Shown: piece by piece, positions 32,121 through 41,377 of the stretch
Layout of the letters: each line of letters starts with the position of its first letter
Position numbering within the stretch: the first letter of the stretch is position 1
Assembly (NCBI GenBank): GCA_047150005.1
Contig: AP038806.1
Span: 3,008,001 to 3,072,000, forward strand
Source of the DNA: Nitrospira sp.
GTDB taxonomy: Bacteria > Nitrospirota > Nitrospiria > Nitrospirales > Nitrospiraceae
Reading direction: 5' to 3'
DNA length: 64,000 nt
Notes under the pieces: model-generated
Database searches by the model: none
Seen by the model: only the letters and a program-made list of their open reading frames with translations
Told to the model about the DNA's origin: nothing
Made by a program: the position numbers and the translations under genes

Positions 32121-32275
32121 CCGGCGCACAGTATTCATGACGGTTCGTCGCGAAATTTCGGAGTCCCGTTGCGAGACGGGCGCGTGGGCCGTGAGGGAGG
32201 GAGGCATACTTGAAACAGCCTGTTGACCGAACCGAACGGCGAGCCCGCCGGCCACACCAAGCTTCGCATGAGCCG
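32121..32275. mobile_element. Degenerate inverted copy of the 10757-10971 MITE
   Basis: CACAGTATTCATGACGGTTCGT..CGAAA...GCGAGACGGGC matches the reverse complement of 10905-10965. Confidence 0.65.
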
Positions 32276-32326
32276 CCGCGTTCGATCCAGTCGCGGCGGA
32301 GAGGTTTGTGGCGCGAGGTGACTGCC

Positions 32327-32704
32327 ATGAAGACCACGATCGTTGCCGCACTCGCGGGACTGATGTTGTTGGGGACCGCCTGTACGATCTTGGTCTCCAA
32401 GGAGACCCGATATCTCAAAGCCGCGAAAGACCACGCCACTCAAGAACAAGTGCACACGCGCCTCGGTGAGCCGAAATTCACGGCTACAACGGAAGACGGC
32501 GAACCCATTTGGGTCTATCAAGTGATGTGGGTCGATACCGGCGTCAACAATCAGTGGGGTACACCGGGCGCTTGGTGCGACGAGTACGTACTGACCTTCG
32601 ACAAACAGGGGATTCTGAGAGATTGGACGCACAAGTCGGAGGGGCACGGAGGTGAGACCATGCCGACGTACTGTGTGAAAGGCGGGTTCAAGCCTCCGGC
32701 CTAA
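32327..32704 (+). CDS. Small lipoprotein, SmpA/OmlA (BamE)-like
   Basis: Lipobox GTAC; TQEQVHTRLGEP...WVY...LTFDKQGIL. Confidence 0.7.
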   Translation: MKTTIVAALAGLMLLGTACTILVSKETRYLKAAKDHATQEQVHTRLGEPKFTATTEDGEPIWVYQVMWVDTGVNNQWGTPGAWCDEYVLTFDKQGILRDWTHKSEGHGGETMPTYCVKGGFKPPA

Positions 32705-32725
32705 GAGATTCGAAGCCGGATTGTC

Positions 32726-33283
32726 CTACTTCGGTGGAAATTTCTCGAACATCGCCGACGTGGCTTCGCGGATCTTTTCGGTGTTTTCTTCCGGATTCTG
32801 ACTGACCGTGTCGCTTCCGGTGCCTCGCCAGATCATCTGTTTGTTCTTGGCGTCGAAGATATCGACATTGAGCGTTCCGGTGACAACCTTGTTCGGGGTC
32901 GTCACAGACGTCCCCGAGGCCATTCCCCAGCCTCCGCCTCGTCCATACCATCCGTATCCGGGTCCCCAACCGGGACCATAGCCCACTCCCATGGATGTCG
33001 TGTTGTAGTAGATCTCCTCGCTGAGCGCCGCATGGTAGGCGACGTACATGTCGGGGTTCGTTTCTGTTTTTTGATAACCCTTGGTGGCCAGCTGGTCGTC
33101 GATCGCCTTGATGATGCGCCGGTCCACGAGATCATTATTCACCGGCGTGCCCTTTTCCCAGGCATAGGTCCGATAATGCGTGAACTCGGCGTCTCTGTCG
33201 AAGTCGATCGTCACTTGCGGCGCGCAGGCCGCCAGCGCGAACGCCAACACCAATCCGACGAATTCTCTTGTGCGACGTGACAT
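32726..33283 (-). CDS. DUF4136-like lipoprotein
   Basis: LAAC lipobox; DFDRDAEFTHYRTYAW, GTLNVDIFDAKNKQMIWRG. Confidence 0.85.
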   Translation of the reverse strand: MSRRTREFVGLVLAFALAACAPQVTIDFDRDAEFTHYRTYAWEKGTPVNNDLVDRRIIKAIDDQLATKGYQKTETNPDMYVAYHAALSEEIYYNTTSMGVGYGPGWGPGYGWYGRGGGWGMASGTSVTTPNKVVTGTLNVDIFDAKNKQMIWRGTGSDTVSQNPEENTEKIREATSAMFEKFPPK

Positions 33284-33466
33284 GAATGAGGCCTCCAGGC
33301 TGTCCGCCGAGCGGAAGTGTACCCCCGGCATAGAGAAATTCCAAGAGCGAAGAACCCTCGTCCGCGGAATTGCGGAGGCGCTCCGGATTCTGCTACAGGA
33401 AGGGCGGACATGCCTTCCGGACTGGTTCATGGAGGAGATCGGGATCATTGGCGGTGAGCATCGACA

Positions 33467-33655
33467 TTGGGTTCTCCCTCCGGAAGAGGGGTTGCGGTTG
33501 CTGCTCCTGACCCTCTAGATTCGGCGTCGGGAAATGCCTGCGTGATCAAGGAGCGTGCCGCAGACGCTGTCGGCCTAGCGCGAGGCCAGGAAACGCTGAG
33601 GCAGCATCCGGCGATCGAATGGGTTGAGGAAGACAGGCTCATCAAGCTCTTGTAA
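33467..33655 (+). pseudogene. Fragment of a subtilisin prodomain (I9-like) protein
   Basis: SGNACVIK...LRQHPAIEWVEEDRLIK aligns by eye with SGGAYVLK...LMHDDPSLQYVEPDRSMH in the downstream protease; no clear start or RBS. Confidence 0.5.
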
Positions 33656-33712
33656 TCGAATGGGGAACGATGTGATTTATGTAGGCCGATCATTTTGGCA
33701 CAGGGGGTATTC

Positions 33713-35968
33713 ATGTTGGCTACGTTGAGGCGTCGGACGGTGCGAGTGGGTCTGGCAATGACCGCCTGTATGATGGTTATCGCGGTGGTAGCTTCCGTCG
33801 CGACGGCCGAGCCTACGAAATCTCCGTCGAGCGTTGTCTTGACTCAAGCGACGAATCCTCCGGACGAGACGATGATTTCGAGTCTGATCGTGAAACCACA
33901 AGCCGGCTCGAAGGTGGCGAGCGAGTTGGAAGCGTTCGATGCCGGCGGGCTCTCCAAAACGGCGGATGTGCCACTCTCTGTGGTCCGTCGCATGTCCGGA
34001 GGGGCATACGTGCTCAAACTGCATAAGCCGATGACCCTGTCCGAAGCGCGGGCCATTGCCGCGCGACTGATGCACGACGATCCAAGCCTGCAATATGTCG
34101 AGCCGGACCGGTCCATGCATCCGCAGACGACGCCGACCGATCCCGGTTATGTCAAGCAGTGGCATTATTTTGCGCCTGCTGACGCCACCGGCGGCGTCAA
34201 CTTGCCGACGGCGTGGGACGTTACCAAGGGCAGCAGTTCCGTCGTTGTCGCGGTGGTGGATACGGGGTATGTGCCGCACGCCGATCAGCCGGCGTCGTTG
34301 CTCCAGGGCTATGATTTCATCACCGATCCCGCGCGCGCCAACGATGGGGACGGCCGCGATAACAATCCGCAAGACGCTGGGAACTGGGTCGCGGCGAACG
34401 AATGCGGACCGGGATCACTCGCCAGGGACTCGGTGTGGCACGGCACGGGAGTGATCGGGATCATCGCGGCAAAAATGAATAATGGCCTCTTCGGCACCGG
34501 GGTGGCGCCCAATGTGACGATTCTGCCGGTGCGGGTGAGCGGGAAATGCGGGGCCGTCACGTCCGACATGGCGGACGGGATGCGTTGGGCCGCGGGGCTG
34601 GCGATGGCTGGGGTGCCAGCCAATGCGAACCCCGCAAAGATTCTCAATCTTAGCATCAGCGACCACAATGCGTGCAGCCAGACTCTTCAGGACGCCGTGA
34701 CGGACGTGATCAATGCCGGGGCCATCATCGTGGCCGCGACCGGCAATAGCAATCCAACTGGAGACACGACCGCGATCGATGAGCCGGCGAACTGTGCCGG
34801 GGTGATCGGCGTGGCGGCGAACGCGATCGACGGCGATCTGGCCTATTACTCCAATGTCAGCGGACTGGTAGCCATCACCGCCCCGGGCGGATTGTGCGGA
34901 AAGCTCACGGCGGGGAACAACTGTACGGATTTCGTCACGTCCAACGGGCTGGGCACCTATACCATCTACAACACCGGCACCACGAGTCCGGTGGCCAGCC
35001 CAGGGGGGGATACGTCGATTGACGGCTCCGGCACCAGTAGCGCGACCCCCCATGTCTCGGGAGTGGCGGCCCTCCTCCTGTCCGTCAACCCCTTGCTGAC
35101 CCCGGCGCAACTCCGCTCGGTCTTGCAATCGTCCGCTCGGGCGTTTCCGCCCGGCTCGTCATGCGCGTCAGGCGGTAGCGTCTTCGGAAAGTGCGGCGCG
35201 GGGCTCCTCGATGCGCGCGCGGCTCTAGATAAGTTGAATGCTAGTGCGTTGCCCCCGACGGTGACGATCACGACCCCGTCGCAAGTTGTGACACCGGCCA
35301 GCTCGGTTTCGCTGGCGGGGACGGCGACGGCGGCTGCCGGAAAAAGCATCACCTCTTACCAATGGACTCAAGTGACCGGCGCCCCGGTCGGCACCATTGC
35401 CAACAGCAATACCGCCAATGCCTCCTTTACGGCGCCGACAACCGGCACCGTCACCTTTCAGCTGACCGCAACGGACAGCAGCGGGTTGACCGGGCAGGCG
35501 ACCGCGGCGGTTAGGGTGAACTCTCCGCCCGTGCTCACACCGGTTGGATCCAAGACCGTCGCCGAAGGAAATGCCCTAAACTTTACTGTAGGTGCCACAG
35601 ACGCCGACGGTGATGCGCCGACTTTCGTTGCGGTGCCGCCGCTGCCCCCGGGGTCAACGTTGAGTGCCGCAGGGCAATTCAGTTGGCCTTCAGCCACTCC
35701 GGCCGGCAATTACACCCTGACCTATTTTGCGCGAGACAACGATGCCAACAGCGCTCAGGGCACGGTCAACATTACTGTTCAAGCCGGTTCTTCCGGTCCT
35801 CCTGTCCCTCCCGTGCCTGCAGCGTCTCCGGCTCCTGCCAGTGATGGCGGGGGCGGCGGGTGCACCTTGAGCGCAAACGGCAGCATGGACATGATGTTGC
35901 CGATGTTGGTCCTTCTCGCTGTTGGTCTCTGGGCTCAGCGGTTCAAGAACAGAATCGGCAGGAAGTAA
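33713..35968 (+). CDS. Secreted S8 subtilisin-like protease with PKD/Ig domains and JDVT-CTERM-like sorting tail
   Basis: VVDTG, WHGTGV, GTSSATPHVSG triad; tail DGGGGGCTLS...D.MLPMLVLLAVGLW.RFKNR. Confidence 0.92.
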   Translation: MLATLRRRTVRVGLAMTACMMVIAVVASVATAEPTKSPSSVVLTQATNPPDETMISSLIVKPQAGSKVASELEAFDAGGLSKTADVPLSVVRRMSGGAYVLKLHKPMTLSEARAIAARLMHDDPSLQYVEPDRSMHPQTTPTDPGYVKQWHYFAPADATGGVNLPTAWDVTKGSSSVVVAVVDTGYVPHADQPASLLQGYDFITDPARANDGDGRDNNPQDAGNWVAANECGPGSLARDSVWHGTGVIGIIAAKMNNGLFGTGVAPNVTILPVRVSGKCGAVTSDMADGMRWAAGLAMAGVPANANPAKILNLSISDHNACSQTLQDAVTDVINAGAIIVAATGNSNPTGDTTAIDEPANCAGVIGVAANAIDGDLAYYSNVSGLVAITAPGGLCGKLTAGNNCTDFVTSNGLGTYTIYNTGTTSPVASPGGDTSIDGSGTSSATPHVSGVAALLLSVNPLLTPAQLRSVLQSSARAFPPGSSCASGGSVFGKCGAGLLDARAALDKLNASALPPTVTITTPSQVVTPASSVSLAGTATAAAGKSITSYQWTQVTGAPVGTIANSNTANASFTAPTTGTVTFQLTATDSSGLTGQATAAVRVNSPPVLTPVGSKTVAEGNALNFTVGATDADGDAPTFVAVPPLPPGSTLSAAGQFSWPSATPAGNYTLTYFARDNDANSAQGTVNITVQAGSSGPPVPPVPAASPAPASDGGGGGCTLSANGSMDMMLPMLVLLAVGLWAQRFKNRIGRK

Positions 35969-35980
35969 GTGTCCGAGTGC

Positions 35981-36017
35981 CCGGAGGTTCCTTCGGCCAA
36001 GCCGAAGGAACCTCCGG
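35981..36017. other. Perfect 17-bp stem-loop between protease and CPBP genes
   Basis: CCGGAGGTTCCTTCGGC-CAA-GCCGAAGGAACCTCCGG; no U-tract. Confidence 0.75.
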
Positions 36018-36047
36018 CGCCGTTCGCCACACAGGACCCCGAGAGTT

Positions 36048-36506
36048 GTGCTCAATCTGCTCGGACTTGATCGTTGTCCCACTTTTTATCGGGACGCTGT
36101 CTTTCTGCTGGCGGCGGCTGGAGGGCCGGTATTTTGGGCGGCCTTGGCGCTCACAGCGCCTATTCAGCCCCTCCACTGGTCTCGTCTCTGGTCTTTGCCG
36201 TTTCTGACGGTCGGTGTCTGGCTGCCGATAGTCGAAGAACTTCTCTTCCGGGGGTTGATTCAGGGGCGACTCATTCAATGTTCATGGGGGCGGCGTGCCA
36301 TGCATGAAGTGACGTTGGCAAACGGTGTCACGTCAGTACTGTTCGTGGCCGGCCATTGGTTCACCCATCCGCCCCTCTGGGCATTGTCTATCCTGATTCC
36401 GTCTTTGATGTTCGGATTCTTGCGGGATCGTTTCCAGAGCACCTATCCCTCCGTCGTGCTCCATAGTTTCTACAACAGTGGATATTTCATCGTGGCAGGA
36501 GTGTAA
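36048..36506 (+). CDS. CPBP (CAAX/Abi-type) glutamic intramembrane protease, JDVT-CTERM system-like
   Basis: EELLFRG, FVAGH, LHSFYN motifs; directly follows the CTERM protein. Start uncertain. Confidence 0.85.
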   Translation: MLNLLGLDRCPTFYRDAVFLLAAAGGPVFWAALALTAPIQPLHWSRLWSLPFLTVGVWLPIVEELLFRGLIQGRLIQCSWGRRAMHEVTLANGVTSVLFVAGHWFTHPPLWALSILIPSLMFGFLRDRFQSTYPSVVLHSFYNSGYFIVAGV

Positions 36507-36557
36507 CCTGACGCCGAGGCAGAGCACAGGTAGGGCTTGCCGTCCTGAGGTCGTGTG

Positions 36558-37589
36558 TCAAATTCGCCGGACTTCCACCGTTTCTACCTCGGCGATAATC
36601 GTATGCAATCCACTCGCTCCCGCCGGTTGCGGGCGTACGATTTCCGCAATCTGCAATTGACCCTTCGTGTCCGTCGCCCGGACCACCGTTTGAAATTTGC
36701 CCTGCTTGGTCGGCTTCCATGTGTAGTTCCAGATGACCCAGGAGTAGGGCGACATCGGCGGTTCGATCTGACATTCATTCCACGTGCGAGCGGCGTCGAA
36801 GCTGATTTCGACTTTGCCGATGGAATTCGGCCCTCCGAAGGCAATGCCGCGGAATTTCTGCTCCGGCCCTCGAAGCGTCTGGTAGTGTCCCGGTGAATCG
36901 ATCCGGGAAAAAATCTTGATCGTGCCGTCGTCGGTCCAGCCTTTCCGCTGCCAGTAGCCTAGGTGGTCACCCGGATAGACTTCGATTTCGACGATCCATT
37001 TGACGTTCTTGATCCCATAGAGACCGGGCACGAGCAGGCGGAGGGGAAAGCCGTGCTCTTTCGGCAGCTTTTCACCGTTCATCAGAAAGGCGAGCATGGT
37101 GTCGTCCTGCATCGCCCGCGTGAACGGGATGCTGTCGTCGTACCCGTCGATGCCGCGAAAAATGACGTCCCGCGCGGTCTCTTCGTCCGCACCGGCCTCT
37201 TGCAGCAGCTTCTTGAGCGAGATCCCTCTCCACGTCGCATTGCCCATGCTGTCGCCCCCCGGCAGCGTGTCGATGCACATCAGCGTGGAGATCTGATCGT
37301 AGGAGTCGCGATTCAGGATGTCGCGCCAGCCGAGCGACAGGGGTGTCTTGACCTGGCCCTTGACGGTCAGTTTCCACTGCTCGATGTTAACTTCTCTCGA
37401 CATCGACACTGCGGAGTCGGCGTAGTTGACGACGTAGAACTTGCCGTTCGGGGTGAAATAAGTCGTCTCGCGCGGCGGGATCGCGAACATGCGGCCGAAA
37501 ATGCCGCCGACTTCGTTGCAGCCGCCGGTCATGCCGGCGAGGGCTCCCAGTCCCGCTGCCTTGAGTATGGTTCGACGAGAAAACGGCAT
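36558..37589 (-). CDS. Tat-exported sulfite-oxidase-family molybdoenzyme
   Basis: SRRTILK twin-arginine signal; LMC Mo-ligand Cys, GNATWRG, HGFPLRLLVPG.YG.KNVKW, C-terminal dimerisation domain. Confidence 0.9.
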   Translation of the reverse strand: MPFSRRTILKAAGLGALAGMTGGCNEVGGIFGRMFAIPPRETTYFTPNGKFYVVNYADSAVSMSREVNIEQWKLTVKGQVKTPLSLGWRDILNRDSYDQISTLMCIDTLPGGDSMGNATWRGISLKKLLQEAGADEETARDVIFRGIDGYDDSIPFTRAMQDDTMLAFLMNGEKLPKEHGFPLRLLVPGLYGIKNVKWIVEIEVYPGDHLGYWQRKGWTDDGTIKIFSRIDSPGHYQTLRGPEQKFRGIAFGGPNSIGKVEISFDAARTWNECQIEPPMSPYSWVIWNYTWKPTKQGKFQTVVRATDTKGQLQIAEIVRPQPAGASGLHTIIAEVETVEVRRI

Positions 37590-37675
37590 GCTGTTTCCAG
37601 AGAACGCTGACCTCAATACCGTATTATCGTACAGGAAGAAGAGCGACGCAATGCGACCGTGCCTGTCGAAGTCGC

Positions 37676-37704
37676 TTGACTCATCTCGGAGGACTCACTA
37701 GAGT
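37676..37704 (+). promoter_or_regulatory. Candidate sigma70 promoter for the Rieske/cyt c/cyt b operon
   Basis: TTGACT-N17-TAGAGT. Confidence 0.5.
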
Positions 37705-37725
37705 ACCGTCGGTGCCGATCACGCG

Positions 37726-38274
37726 ATGCCTGCTCTCGAGCCACATCCGTCCGATACATCAGGATTATCCACTCCCGCCGGGACACGGCGGCGATTCTTT
37801 CAGTGGGTCACCCGAGCTGCGGCCGGACTGATCGGTCTGAGTCTTGCCGTTCCTCTCGTCGGCTACGTGATTTCTCCCGCATTCAAGCGGCGCGCTCAGT
37901 CGTGGGTTGATGTCGCGGCGCTCGATGACCTCTCCGTCGGGAAACCCAAGCAAGTAGACTACGTGGCGACCGTGCAGGACGGCTACTTGGAAACGAAGAC
38001 TCAAAAGGCGGTCTGGGCCGTCAAACAAGGGGATGGTCACGTGACGGTGTTTTCTCCCATGTGTACCCATCTGGGGTGCGGGTATCACTGGGCCGAGGGC
38101 GAACAGAAGTTCAAATGCCCCTGTCACGGAAGTGTCTACGATGTGACCGGCCAGGTGGTCGCGGGACCGGCCCCGCGACCACTGGATACCTTGCCTGTCA
38201 AGACGGAGAACGGACGACTCCTTGTCATGTACAAGGAATTCAAGTCCGGGATCACGGGAAAAATTGAATTGTAG
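37726..38274 (+). CDS. qcrA: Rieske iron-sulfur subunit of a cytochrome bc complex
   Basis: TRRRFF Tat motif; CTHLGC and CPCHGS boxes. Confidence 0.92.
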   Translation: MPALEPHPSDTSGLSTPAGTRRRFFQWVTRAAAGLIGLSLAVPLVGYVISPAFKRRAQSWVDVAALDDLSVGKPKQVDYVATVQDGYLETKTQKAVWAVKQGDGHVTVFSPMCTHLGCGYHWAEGEQKFKCPCHGSVYDVTGQVVAGPAPRPLDTLPVKTENGRLLVMYKEFKSGITGKIEL

Positions 38275-38317
38275 TACGCTGCCGCACGAAGCCCACTCAC
38301 TGAGGAGATATGCCCAG

Positions 38318-38674
38318 ATGAAACGAGCGTCCTCTGTCGCGATCCTGTTCGTGTGCGTGGTGTGGGTTCCGTTGTTGGTGCAGGTGCGACCAGTCGACGC
38401 CGCTGGAGACGCGTCGAAGGGAAAACCCCTCTACGAGAAGCATTGCCTGGTCTGTCATGGGCTGCAGGGAAAGGGTGACGGACCGACGGGCACGCTGATC
38501 AAGCCGCCTGCCGCGAACTTTACCAGCGAGGCCAGTAAGAAAAAGACCGAGGCCGAATTGCTGGGCACGATGGAGAACGGAAGGCCGGGCACCGCCATGG
38601 GGCCGTGGAAGGGTCTGCTCTCCCCATCCGACCTAAGGGACGTGCTGGCGTACGTGATGGCGCTGAGAAAATAG
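38318..38674 (+). CDS. Monoheme cytochrome c
   Basis: Signal peptide; CLVCH; GRPGTAM distal Met. Confidence 0.9.
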   Translation: MKRASSVAILFVCVVWVPLLVQVRPVDAAGDASKGKPLYEKHCLVCHGLQGKGDGPTGTLIKPPAANFTSEASKKKTEAELLGTMENGRPGTAMGPWKGLLSPSDLRDVLAYVMALRK

Positions 38675-38696
38675 TCCCGGATTTTTGGGGGAACCG

Positions 38697-40025
38697 ATGG
38701 CCTCCCGCATCTACGCCTGGTTGGACAGCCGGCTCAACTTACAGGCGGTTGAACACTCGCTCCTGAACGAACCGATTCCGGGCGGAGCCAGCTGGATTTA
38801 CGTCTTCGGCTCGGCCACGCTGTTTCTCTTCGTCCTCCAAGCAGTCACCGGGATGTTTCTGGCGATCTACTACGCCCCGACCCCCGACCATGCCTACGAC
38901 AGCGTGCAGTTCATCGAAAATCAGGTGACCTTCGGCTGGTTCGTCCGCGGACTGCATCACTGGGGCGCATCCGGCATGGTGATGGCGGTCGGGCTCCACA
39001 TGCTCCAGGTGTTCCTCTACGGAGCGTTCAAGCCTCCCCGGGAAATGATGTGGATGGTCGGGGTGGTGCTCCTGCTCCTCGTGCTGGGGTTCGCCTTCAC
39101 CGGCTATCTCCTTCCGTGGGATCAGACGGCCTACTGGGCGACGCAGGTGGGCATCAACATGGTCGGTACGGTTCCATTGGTCGGCGACTTCCTCGTGAAG
39201 GTCATGCGAGGGGGAGAGCAGCTGGGAGCCCTGACTCTTTCTCGATTCTTCGCCGTTCACGTGCTGTTTCTGCCGGCAGTCATCGTGACCGGCATCATGC
39301 TGCACCTCTTCATTCTCCGGCGGGTCGGTCCGGCCGGTCCCTGGGACGAGAAGAAAGCCGCATTGGGTAGCGAAACGTTCTATCCCAGGCAAGTCTACAT
39401 GGATGCGGTGGTGATGGTCGGCGTCTTCACGGTCTTGGTGCTGCTGGCCTACCTGGTTCCTTTTCCCTTGGCCGACAAGGCCAATCCGTCCGATACGAGC
39501 TTCGTTCCGGTGCCCGAATGGTATTTCCTGTTTTATTACGAATTGCTGAAACACGTGCACGGACCGCTGGAGCCGTTTGCCACCTGGGTCTTGCCCGCCT
39601 TGTTCGTGCTCGTCCTGCTGCTCTGGCCGTTTCTGGATTGGCAAAAGACCGTGCGGGCTCCGGCGTCACGACCGGTCGGAATGGCGCTCGGCGCCCTGTT
39701 TTTGCTGGTGGTCTTTTCGCTCCTCGGTGTGTCGTTGAAAAATCTCTATGGAGTCAAAAAGGCCGACCCGTCGGTCGCGCACGGCCAAGCGCTGTTTGCA
39801 AACTTCGGCTGCGCCGGCTGTCACCGAATTCATGGAACAGGCGGAGCCATCGGTCCGGACCTGTCGTACGTCGGCGACGAGCGTCCCGACCGAGCCTGGC
39901 ACCTGAAACACTTCCGCGACCCTCAATCCGTATCGCCGGGATCGATCATGCCGAAGTTCCCGCTGACGGAGCAGGAACTTCACGATCTCACCAGTTACAT
40001 GCTGAGTCTCAGGAAGACGGCGTAA
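38697..40025 (+). CDS. qcrB: Cytochrome b with fused C-terminal cytochrome c
   Basis: HHW, HML, GYLLPWDQ, PEWY; C-terminal CAGCH...PGSIMP. Confidence 0.92.
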   Translation: MASRIYAWLDSRLNLQAVEHSLLNEPIPGGASWIYVFGSATLFLFVLQAVTGMFLAIYYAPTPDHAYDSVQFIENQVTFGWFVRGLHHWGASGMVMAVGLHMLQVFLYGAFKPPREMMWMVGVVLLLLVLGFAFTGYLLPWDQTAYWATQVGINMVGTVPLVGDFLVKVMRGGEQLGALTLSRFFAVHVLFLPAVIVTGIMLHLFILRRVGPAGPWDEKKAALGSETFYPRQVYMDAVVMVGVFTVLVLLAYLVPFPLADKANPSDTSFVPVPEWYFLFYYELLKHVHGPLEPFATWVLPALFVLVLLLWPFLDWQKTVRAPASRPVGMALGALFLLVVFSLLGVSLKNLYGVKKADPSVAHGQALFANFGCAGCHRIHGTGGAIGPDLSYVGDERPDRAWHLKHFRDPQSVSPGSIMPKFPLTEQELHDLTSYMLSLRKTA

Positions 40026-40176
40026 CGATCTCAACGCCGTGTTCTGAAGTCACCAGTCCGAATGGAGAATGCGGAGCTTGCCCAATACAGGAGTGTGCGA
40101 TGCCATACGACCTGGATCTTGTGGATCAGGAGACCATCATGACCGCGCCGGATGACACGATGAAGAGGGGGATCAC

Positions 40177-40509
40177 ATGTTCAAGCGAGGAGGATCAAGA
40201 GCACCCCAGGGCCCCGTGCGCATAGCAGGCGTGTTATGGTGCGCGCTCGCGCTCCCGGCCGCCGTCGGTGCGGCGGCGGATCCCGCCGCGCCCGCGTCCA
40301 AGCCAGCCGGCGAACAGTCGCCGGAACAAGCGGCCGGCGGTCGGGAGCATCTCAATCGATTGAGAGGCGCCTGTGGAGAGGACGCCAAACATCACTGCAA
40401 AGGCGTCCTGCCGGGAGGCGGGCGGATCATCAAGTGTCTGCGGGAGCATGAATCGGAACTGACATCCGGCTGTCGCGAAGCGATGCAGCCCGCACCTGCG
40501 AAACCGTAA
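40177..40509 (+). CDS. Small exported cysteine-rich repeat protein
   Basis: Signal-like segment; AC..D....C..V.PGGGRIIKCL.....LTSGC. Confidence 0.75.
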   Translation: MFKRGGSRAPQGPVRIAGVLWCALALPAAVGAAADPAAPASKPAGEQSPEQAAGGREHLNRLRGACGEDAKHHCKGVLPGGGRIIKCLREHESELTSGCREAMQPAPAKP

Positions 40510-40518
40510 GGCCACGGG

Positions 40519-41229
40519 CTAGTCCGGCGACGCACAATTCTGCGCCTGACGCTCTTGGCACAGGCGATATCTGGCCTTCTTCACCCAATAGGCGAGCGCC
40601 TTGTGGACGTCGTCCCAGGAGTCGAAGGAATCGGCGTCGAGACGTTTTTTCCCCACGCGTCGATCGGCGGATGCACCCAGCACCTCGCCCGTCTGAGAGT
40701 CCGAGAGCTTCAGTTCAAGGCTTGCGTCGCCGACGAACAGCGGTTTGCCGGTTCCAATGTTTTTCAGCATCGACGCCACCGCAAAGGCGTTCATCGGTGC
40801 GGGAACCGTCGAGACCGCCCGAAGGACGACGTAGGCCGGATCGGCCCTGGTGATCGCGACCTGCGCGTGCAACGTGCCCGGTCCCGGCTCCGAGGCCATC
40901 TCATAATCTTGAGACATGCTGTCATAGGCCAGGGTGTAGAGCAGATCGGCGATTTTTTGTGCACGGGCTTGGCGATCCGGATCCGTCGTCGGGGGACCCC
41001 AGACCTGCACGTGATCCAGCAGCATCTTTTTGTACGTGCCGCGCGGGATTGTCGCGACCTTGGGATTCTTATAGAGCAACAATGCCTCTCCGTCCTCACC
41101 CTTGTGCATCAACGGGTAGATCGTGCCGAGAAAGCCGGAGGTCTCAACGGAACGCGCTTGCTTCGTCGGTGAGCAGGCGGCCAGCAGCGCCGCAAACACC
41201 AAGAACAGGATCGAAGAGAATCTGAGCAT
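40519..41229 (-). CDS. DUF3313-like lipoprotein
   Basis: LAAC lipobox; SGFLG, DSQTGEVLGASADRR. Confidence 0.8.
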   Translation of the reverse strand: MLRFSSILFLVFAALLAACSPTKQARSVETSGFLGTIYPLMHKGEDGEALLLYKNPKVATIPRGTYKKMLLDHVQVWGPPTTDPDRQARAQKIADLLYTLAYDSMSQDYEMASEPGPGTLHAQVAITRADPAYVVLRAVSTVPAPMNAFAVASMLKNIGTGKPLFVGDASLELKLSDSQTGEVLGASADRRVGKKRLDADSFDSWDDVHKALAYWVKKARYRLCQERQAQNCASPD

Positions 41230-41377
41230 CGAGGCCTCCGGGTTGTGGTGCGGAGCAGACGGTGGGAGGGAAGCCTACGGCAGGACACCCGCGATAGCAA
41301 GCCCCGATCTTGACGGTGTGATTAGGGCAATTGTATAAGTAAAGCCCTTCCCAAAAACGAGAGAAGGACCTGCCGTC

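Noticed and set aside
40100..40225. 41-aa ORF with AGGAG after cytochrome b
   Set aside because: No recognisable features, and it overlaps the better-supported 40177 gene.
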